Below are positions 58,504 through 64,000 of a stretch of DNA of 64,000 nt, one piece after another. The notes under the pieces were generated by a model, which had not been told where the DNA came from, made no database searches, and saw nothing but the letters and a program-made list of their open reading frames with translations. A program made the translations under genes and the position numbers. Origin of the DNA: Escherichia coli (GTDB lineage: Bacteria; Pseudomonadota; Gammaproteobacteria; Enterobacterales; Enterobacteriaceae); the NCBI RefSeq assembly GCF_041248615.1, contig NZ_CP158426.1, one strand, 5' to 3'. Each line of letters starts with the position of its first letter. Within the stretch, counting starts at the first letter, position 1.

Positions 58504-60248
58504 TGAGTGTGGAAAAGCTGATCGTTGATCATATGGAAACCTGGACCTCGGCGTTGCAAACCCGTTCCACCGCCGGGCGCGGCAGTTCCGGAAAAATTGA
58601 TTTATATGGCATTAAGAAATTACGTGAGCTGATTCTGGAACTGGCTGTGCGCGGTAAACTGGTGCCGCAGGACCCGAACGATGAACCGGCGTCGGAGCTG
58701 CTGAAGCGTATTGCGGCAGAAAAAGCAGAGCTGGTGAAGCAAGGTAAAATTAAAAAGCAAAAACCACTGCCGGAAATTAGTGAGGAAGAGAAGCCGTTTG
58801 AATTGCCGGAGGGATGGGAGTGGGTGCGTATTAGTGAAATTGGACATGACTGGGGACAAAAAACTCCAGATAAAGATTTTACTTACATTGATGTTGGTTC
58901 AATAAATAAAGAATATGGAATTATTGAAGAGCCATCTATTCTTTCAGCGAAAGATGCCCCATCGCGAGCGAGAAAAATTGTTCAGCAAGGGACTATCATA
59001 TACTCTACTGTTCGCCCGTATTTGTTAAATATAGCTATTATTGAAAACGAAATACTACCTGAACCGATCGCTAGTACTGCCTTCGCTATTATTCATCCAT
59101 ATACGGCGATGGATGCTAATTTCATTTATTATTATCTACGTTCTCCGGTATTTGTTTGTTATGTTGAAAATTGTCAGACAGGGGTTGCCTATCCAGCAAT
59201 CAATGACAAACAATTTTTTTCTGGAATAACTCCAGTTCCTCCATCCTTGGAACAAGTTCGCATCGCAAACAAAATCAAAGAATTAATGTCCCTCTGCGAC
59301 CAACTGGAACAGCAATCCCTGACCAGTCTGGACGCACATCAACAACTGGTTGAAACCCTGTTGGGAACGCTGACTGACAGCCAAAACGCCGAGGAACTGG
59401 CTGAAAACTGGACGCGTATTAGCGAGCATTTCGACACACTATTTACCACCGAAGCCAGCGTGGATGCGCTAAAACAGACCATTCTGCAACTGGCGGTAAT
59501 GGGTAAACTTGTGCCGCAGGATCCGAATGACGAACCTGCCTCTGAACTGCTCAAACGAATTGCGCAGGAAAAAGCACAACTGGTGAAAGACGGGAAAATA
59601 AAAAAACAAAAACCGTTGCCGCCGATTAGCGATGAGGAAAAACCGTTTGAACTGCCGGATGGGTGGGAGTGGTGTCGTATCGTTGATTTAGCAATTGTAG
59701 GTACAGGCGCAACACCTTCTCGTGATGAGCCCAACTATTGGAAAAATGGAGTAATTAATTGGGTGACAAGTGGAGAAACTTGCTTACCTTTTATTCAAAA
59801 CACCACCGAACATATTACCCAAAAGGCTGTTGATGAAACAAATGTTTCAATCTATCCACCAGGAACTCTTATTATTGCAATGTATGGACAAGGAAAAACA
59901 AGAGGGCAAATCACAGAGTTATTAATAAGTGCTGGAACAAACCAAGCATGCGCAGCCATTCGATTAATCGAAACGGATAATGAGCATCGTAAATTTATAA
60001 AACTTTTTTTTGAAAAGTCTTATGATGATTTACGTAGTTTAGCCGCTGGAGGTGCACAGCCAAATCTAAATGTAGCAAAAATATCACAAACTGTTATACC
60101 ATTGCCCCCTAAAAGAGAACAAAATCGGATCGTTTCTATTGTGGGGGAGTTATTAATTTATTGCGATAAATTACGCAAAAATATCCAGACCGCCCAACAA
60201 ACCCAACTGCACCTTGCAGATGCACTAACTGACGCGGCGATAAACTAA
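58503..60248 (+). CDS. hsdS: Type I R-M specificity subunit, long IB-type (581 aa) with two AT-rich TRDs and a duplicated conserved spacer
   Basis: The ~70-aa segment GKLVPQDPNDEPASELLKRIA.EKA.LVK.GKIKKQKPLP.IS.EEKPFELP.GWEW occurs twice (nt ~58630-58840 and ~59485-59700). ATGA overlap with hsdM. Confidence 0.9.
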   Translation: MSVEKLIVDHMETWTSALQTRSTAGRGSSGKIDLYGIKKLRELILELAVRGKLVPQDPNDEPASELLKRIAAEKAELVKQGKIKKQKPLPEISEEEKPFELPEGWEWVRISEIGHDWGQKTPDKDFTYIDVGSINKEYGIIEEPSILSAKDAPSRARKIVQQGTIIYSTVRPYLLNIAIIENEILPEPIASTAFAIIHPYTAMDANFIYYYLRSPVFVCYVENCQTGVAYPAINDKQFFSGITPVPPSLEQVRIANKIKELMSLCDQLEQQSLTSLDAHQQLVETLLGTLTDSQNAEELAENWTRISEHFDTLFTTEASVDALKQTILQLAVMGKLVPQDPNDEPASELLKRIAQEKAQLVKDGKIKKQKPLPPISDEEKPFELPDGWEWCRIVDLAIVGTGATPSRDEPNYWKNGVINWVTSGETCLPFIQNTTEHITQKAVDETNVSIYPPGTLIIAMYGQGKTRGQITELLISAGTNQACAAIRLIETDNEHRKFIKLFFEKSYDDLRSLAAGGAQPNLNVAKISQTVIPLPPKREQNRIVSIVGELLIYCDKLRKNIQTAQQTQLHLADALTDAAIN

Positions 60249-60374
60249 TTTTCTCGCCCTCAAAAAAACCAATAAAGCGGCTCAATAGCCGCTTTATTAA
60301 CATCACCAAAAATTATATTTCACGCTAATTTTCATCTTATTTTCATTAATTTTTAGCTGGACTTTCCCTGTATT

Positions 60375-60394
60375 TACTGATGATATATCCAGGT
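60375..60394. promoter_or_regulatory. LexA (SOS) box upstream of symE
   Basis: TACTGatgatatatcCAGgt fits CTG-N10-CAG. Confidence 0.7.
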
Positions 60395-60399
60395 ATTTA

Positions 60400-60478
60400 G
60401 CGCGGTGCGGATGTGCGCCAACACACCCACACCGCTCATCACAATCCCTATTTCACGAGAATAGTAATCATGACTGAC
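60400..60478 (-). ncRNA. symR: Expected SymR antisense sRNA overlapping the symE 5' UTR and start codon (approximate ends)
   Basis: Inferred from the K-12 symE/SymR arrangement. The ends cannot be determined from sequence alone. Confidence 0.4.
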
Positions 60479-60811
60479 ACGCATTCTATTGCACAACCGT
60501 TCGAAGCAGAAGTCTCCCCGGCAAATAACCGTCAATTAACCGTGAGTTATGCGAGCCGCTACCCGGATTACAGCCGTATTCCCGCCATCACCCTGAAAGG
60601 TCAGTGGCTGGAAGCTGCCGGTTTTGCCACCGGCACGGCGGTAGATGTCAAAGTGATGGAAGGCTGTATTGTCCTCACCGCCCAACCACCCGCCGCCGAA
60701 GAGAGCGAGCTAATGCAGTCGCTGCGCCAGGTGTGCAAGCTGTCGGCGCGTAAACAAAAGCAGGTGCGGGAATTTATTGGGGTGATTGCGGGTAAACAGA
60801 AAGTCGCCTGA
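60470..60811 (+). CDS. symE: SOS-induced type I toxin SymE (113 aa)
   Basis: [52 protein letters not shown]... AbrB-like fold family. Confidence 0.9.
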   Translation: MTDTHSIAQPFEAEVSPANNRQLTVSYASRYPDYSRIPAITLKGQWLEAAGFATGTAVDVKVMEGCIVLTAQPPAAEESELMQSLRQVCKLSARKQKQVREFIGVIAGKQKVA

Positions 60812-60857
60812 TACATTGACCCGGTAGCGCCAGTGCTACCGGGTATTATTCGCCACG

Positions 60858-62951
60858 TTATACCAACGCGTTCTCCATCTGTTTTTCAAATGCCTGACGA
60901 ATTAATCCCATAATGTAAGGAAGTTGTGCGAGGTCGCTGAAACCAATTTCCACATCACCATTGCCCCAGCGCCCAACATTTGTCACATCTTTGGCAATAC
61001 CTTTCGGATCGACCAGTTCATGAAACTGCATATTAAGCGACAATCGCAGTCGGCTTTTTTGCGGCACAACATCAACAAAATTCGTTTCAGCTTTAAACGC
61101 AATATATAGCTTCAATACTTCCTGCGTGATCCCTGCGTCCAGGCGCATAACTTCATCGCGAAGATGATCGAATAACACTCGGCTATGCGAACCATCAGCA
61201 AGAAAAGGAAAATCATTCAGGCTGTAACTGGTTTTGTTTTCAGGCTGCCCCCGATAAACAGCTAAAACCTCTTCAGGAAGAGCAGGCGCTTGCCAAACCT
61301 GAACCGCAAGCTCCGCCAGACGATCGGCACGGGCATGAATGGCGGCTTCATCCCATTTTTCGCACTGTCCAAGACCGATATTCAAATAGAGCGGGCTATG
61401 TTTAAAGCCGTCTTCAATATCGCGTTTTTCCGCGAAAGGTCTGTCACTGTAGCGGGAGTTATAGCGCGTTAAAGTGAGATTCCCCAACGTATGTAACAGT
61501 TCTTTATGCACACGCTGCCAGTCGCTTCCCAGCTCTTCACGCCATTTAGCCGACAGATTTTCGTTCTGCGGCATAATATGCTCAATCGTAAACTCTTCCA
61601 CGCGCTCTCTGCGTTTATCGTTTTCCAGTCGTCGTAACCAGTAGCTGCGACTACGGAAGTTATAGAGATCGCGAACTTTTAATTCCCGTTTAAATTCATC
61701 ATCGTTGGGGAAACGACGATATGAAGGCAGATTCAGAAAATGTACCTGAATACTTTCCAGATATTTTTCTTTAATAATGACCTTATAAAAGGTAGCAAAC
61801 GTCTTGTTAAGAGAATTTGTCGGAATCGCACATACTGCACGGCGGAAAACATAAGATTCAATTAAACGAATTATGCTCAGGAAATCTTCGTGAGGCAAAT
61901 CGCCATTTTTATAGTCATGATAAAGCGCCAGTAAGAAAGGATACGCCACATCGACCTTTAACTCGCGCAAATCCTGAAAAGCCGTAGCAAGCGATTTGTC
62001 ACTTTCTTTACCCAATGCCATTGCACAGTAATACTCCGCGTAGATGTGAATATCTTCAACCAGGCGATCTACGCCTTTTTCAGCAACACTCTGGCTGCGG
62101 GCATGGAGTTTAAATGCCTCATAGACTTCATCTGTCCGAGGGATCTCCCCCGTTTTTACCGTCAGATAATGACGCATAAAACTGTCAAAATATTCGCTGT
62201 AACCTTGCTGACCAAAAGCGACTTCCATGGGTCGCCAGTGATCTTCATACAACCGGGTTTGATGCTCTGGTTCGAGGCCCATCAGAATAAAATTGCGCAC
62301 CAGATCGGCCTGACTTAACGCCTTACCGGTAGAGTTCATACTTTCAAAAATCAGTTGCGGATTATCCTGACCACGATTAAGCGCCACATCGACAATTAAT
62401 AATTTTGCTAACCCACGACATAAGGGAATCAAGTCATCCCCGAGTTTGGCAATTTGTTCATCAAAGAAAGTAAAGTTTTCCATTATTCGATGGGAATAGT
62501 TTTCTGGCATTGGTCTTTGTTTTATTAACGCCAGCAAACTGTCTTTATCAGTCTCGGTCAGCAGTAATTTAAATCCTTTCTCGCCGGACTCATAAGGATT
62601 GAGTAAATAATAATTACGCAATTTCATTGCTGAAAAGCCATCAAAAACTTCGTCTTCGCCAAGATGACGCGATAAAGCCTCAATCAGCAACATTGCGGTC
62701 GTCAGCCTTTGTTGACCATCAATGACCAGTAACGGAGAAATACCAGAAACCTGATACAACCCCTGCTCAATATAAACAACCGAACCGATAAAATGCGCTG
62801 ATATATCGTCACGCTTTCCGGCACGAATGATGTCGTCCCAAAGTTGCCGACATTGTTGTTCTGTCCATGAATAAGTCCGTTGATAAATGGGAATAACAAA
62901 CTGCTGCGAACGTTTTAAAAAATCGAGTAGGCGGGCTTCTGTAGCTTTCAT
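60858..62951 (-). CDS. DUF262 + DUF1524 (GmrSD-like) putative type IV restriction enzyme with an extra ~170-aa C-terminal domain (697 aa)
   Basis: FVIPIYQRTYSW ... VIDGQQRLTT. FTIEHIMPQ ... HTLGNLTLTRYNSRYSD. C-terminal KLYIAFKAETNFVDVVPQKSRLRLSL module. Occupies the K-12 mcrBC-yjiTV slot. Confidence 0.8.
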   Translation of the reverse strand: MKATEARLLDFLKRSQQFVIPIYQRTYSWTEQQCRQLWDDIIRAGKRDDISAHFIGSVVYIEQGLYQVSGISPLLVIDGQQRLTTAMLLIEALSRHLGEDEVFDGFSAMKLRNYYLLNPYESGEKGFKLLLTETDKDSLLALIKQRPMPENYSHRIMENFTFFDEQIAKLGDDLIPLCRGLAKLLIVDVALNRGQDNPQLIFESMNSTGKALSQADLVRNFILMGLEPEHQTRLYEDHWRPMEVAFGQQGYSEYFDSFMRHYLTVKTGEIPRTDEVYEAFKLHARSQSVAEKGVDRLVEDIHIYAEYYCAMALGKESDKSLATAFQDLRELKVDVAYPFLLALYHDYKNGDLPHEDFLSIIRLIESYVFRRAVCAIPTNSLNKTFATFYKVIIKEKYLESIQVHFLNLPSYRRFPNDDEFKRELKVRDLYNFRSRSYWLRRLENDKRRERVEEFTIEHIMPQNENLSAKWREELGSDWQRVHKELLHTLGNLTLTRYNSRYSDRPFAEKRDIEDGFKHSPLYLNIGLGQCEKWDEAAIHARADRLAELAVQVWQAPALPEEVLAVYRGQPENKTSYSLNDFPFLADGSHSRVLFDHLRDEVMRLDAGITQEVLKLYIAFKAETNFVDVVPQKSRLRLSLNMQFHELVDPKGIAKDVTNVGRWGNGDVEIGFSDLAQLPYIMGLIRQAFEKQMENALV

Positions 62952-63047
62952 TCTGACGTCTTTCCGTGAAGCGATGATTTCGCAATAATAACCACTTCCT
63001 TGTGGAGGTTATAGAGAAATCCTGTTTATCCGCGACGAACTGCCCCC

Positions 63048-63212
63048 TCACTCCACATCCTCCCTGCGTAACCCAATATCCCTCAACCGCTCATCACTCA
63101 TCTGCTGTAACACCCGCCGGGCCTGCATTTGCCGCCGCCAACGCCTCACTGCCTGCCAGAGTTGCACAAGTCCAATAAACGGTGCTTTAGCTTTGTTTTC
63201 GTGAAATTCCAT
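63048..63212 (-). CDS. yjiS: DUF1127 small protein YjiS (54 aa; below the track cut-off)
   Basis: Hand translation: MEFHENKAKAPFIGLVQLWQAVRRWRRQMQARRVLQQMSDERLRDIGLRREDVE. Confidence 0.8.
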   Translation of the reverse strand: MEFHENKAKAPFIGLVQLWQAVRRWRRQMQARRVLQQMSDERLRDIGLRREDVE

Positions 63213-63388
63213 CTGCTGCCTCCTCATCTTTCAGAGGCTTCATCATCCGCCTTCTGGCAGTTCACAATACAGATGCAAATATTAGTTTTATTTAACATAC
63301 AGACAGGTTAAAACAGCATCTGCATCCGGTTTTTTAGCCTCATCTGTACCGGTTTTTCTCTCTGTATGGTCCAAAGAAGGAATACAGC

Positions 63389-64000
63389 ATGACGCGTTAT
63401 CAACATCTGGCGACTTTGCTTGCCGAGCGGATTGAGCAAGGGCTGTATCGTCACGGGGAGAAATTGCCGTCGGTGCGCAGCTTAAGTCAGGAGCACGGCG
63501 TCAGCATCAGCACCGTGCAGCAGGCGTACCAGACGCTGGAGACGATGAAGCTCATCACTCCGCAGCCGCGTTCGGGTTATTTTGTCGCACAACGTAAAGC
63601 CCAGCCGCCAGTACCACCAATGACGCGTCCGGTGCAGCGCCCGGTGGAAATTACCCAGTGGGATCAGGTGCTGGATATGCTGGAGGCGCATAGCGACAGT
63701 TCCATTGTACCGTTAAGCAAAAGCACGCCGGATGTCGAAACGCCCAGCCTGAAACCGCTGTGGCGTGAGCTAAGCCGGGTGGTGCAGCATAATCTGCAAA
63801 CCGTTCTCGGTTATGACTTGTTAGCCGGTCAGCGAGTGTTGCGAGAGCAGATTGCCCGCCTGATGCTCGACAGCGGCTCGGTGGTCACTGCCGATGACAT
63901 CATCATCACCAGCGGCTGCCATAACTCGATGTCGCTGGCGTTAATGGCGGTGTGTAAACCGGGCGATATTGTCGCGGTCGAATCCCCCTGTTATTACGGT
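63389..64000 (+). CDS. yjiR: MocR/GntR-family regulator with aminotransferase domain, 5' part (runs off the window)
   Basis: MTRYQHLATLLAERIEQGLYRHGEKLPSVRSLSQEHGVSISTVQQAYQTLE... The frame stays open to the window end. Confidence 0.85.
   Translation, partial: MTRYQHLATLLAERIEQGLYRHGEKLPSVRSLSQEHGVSISTVQQAYQTLETMKLITPQPRSGYFVAQRKAQPPVPPMTRPVQRPVEITQWDQVLDMLEAHSDSSIVPLSKSTPDVETPSLKPLWRELSRVVQHNLQTVLGYDLLAGQRVLREQIARLMLDSGSVVTADDIIITSGCHNSMSLALMAVCKPGDIVAVESPCYYG

Overview
The window is Escherichia coli chromosome from the K-12 98-99 min region, in inverted orientation relative to K-12. All calls rest on reading the translations and on synteny recalled from memory; no search was run.

**1. Prophage (1 to ~19590).** This is the right-hand part of a lambdoid prophage.
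- It carries Qin-like csp morons, Q antiterminator, DUF968, KilA-N and RusA genes.
- It has a LexA-DBD-only protein, a PerC-like regulator, a replication initiator with internal iterons, and a cII/cro/cI immunity region.
- The early-left operon is KplE1-like (yfdPQRS-like genes).
- The xis-like gene is truncated by an IS256-family element, and an IS1 sits inside the early-left operon.
- A P4-type integrase lies at the right end. The prophage ends inside the 5' end of host prfC, leaving a 24-codon ORF (22 native prfC codons).

**2. Conserved backbone (19.7-37.5 kb).** yjjG-rimI-holD, rsmC, REP cluster, leuQPV tRNA-Leu operon, yjjZ, fhuF, bglJ-yjjQ, yjjPB, dnaTC, yjjA, opgB, lgoD/R/T, tsr.

**3. 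hpa island (37.6-48.8 kb).** The 4-hydroxyphenylacetate catabolic cluster (hpaR, hpaGEDFHI, hpaX, hpaA, hpaBC), which is absent from K-12.

**4. btsT-yjiX-yjiA (49.2-52.5 kb).**

**5. Immigration control region (52.6-63.0 kb), with non-K-12 content.**
- A type IB (EcoAI-like) hsdRMS operon and symE/SymR.
- Two different DUF262+DUF1524 (GmrSD-like) genes flank them, occupying the K-12 mrr and mcrBC-yjiTV slots.
- yjiS and the start of yjiR follow.

**Best candidates for something new**
- An orphan AT-rich CHAT/caspase-like protein in the int-xis moron slot.
- A BRCT-domain protein with four TerB-like repeats, wedged between cI and pL (the rex/sieB position).
- A ~300-nt highly structured non-coding stretch in the pL operon.
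- The two GmrSD-like genes.
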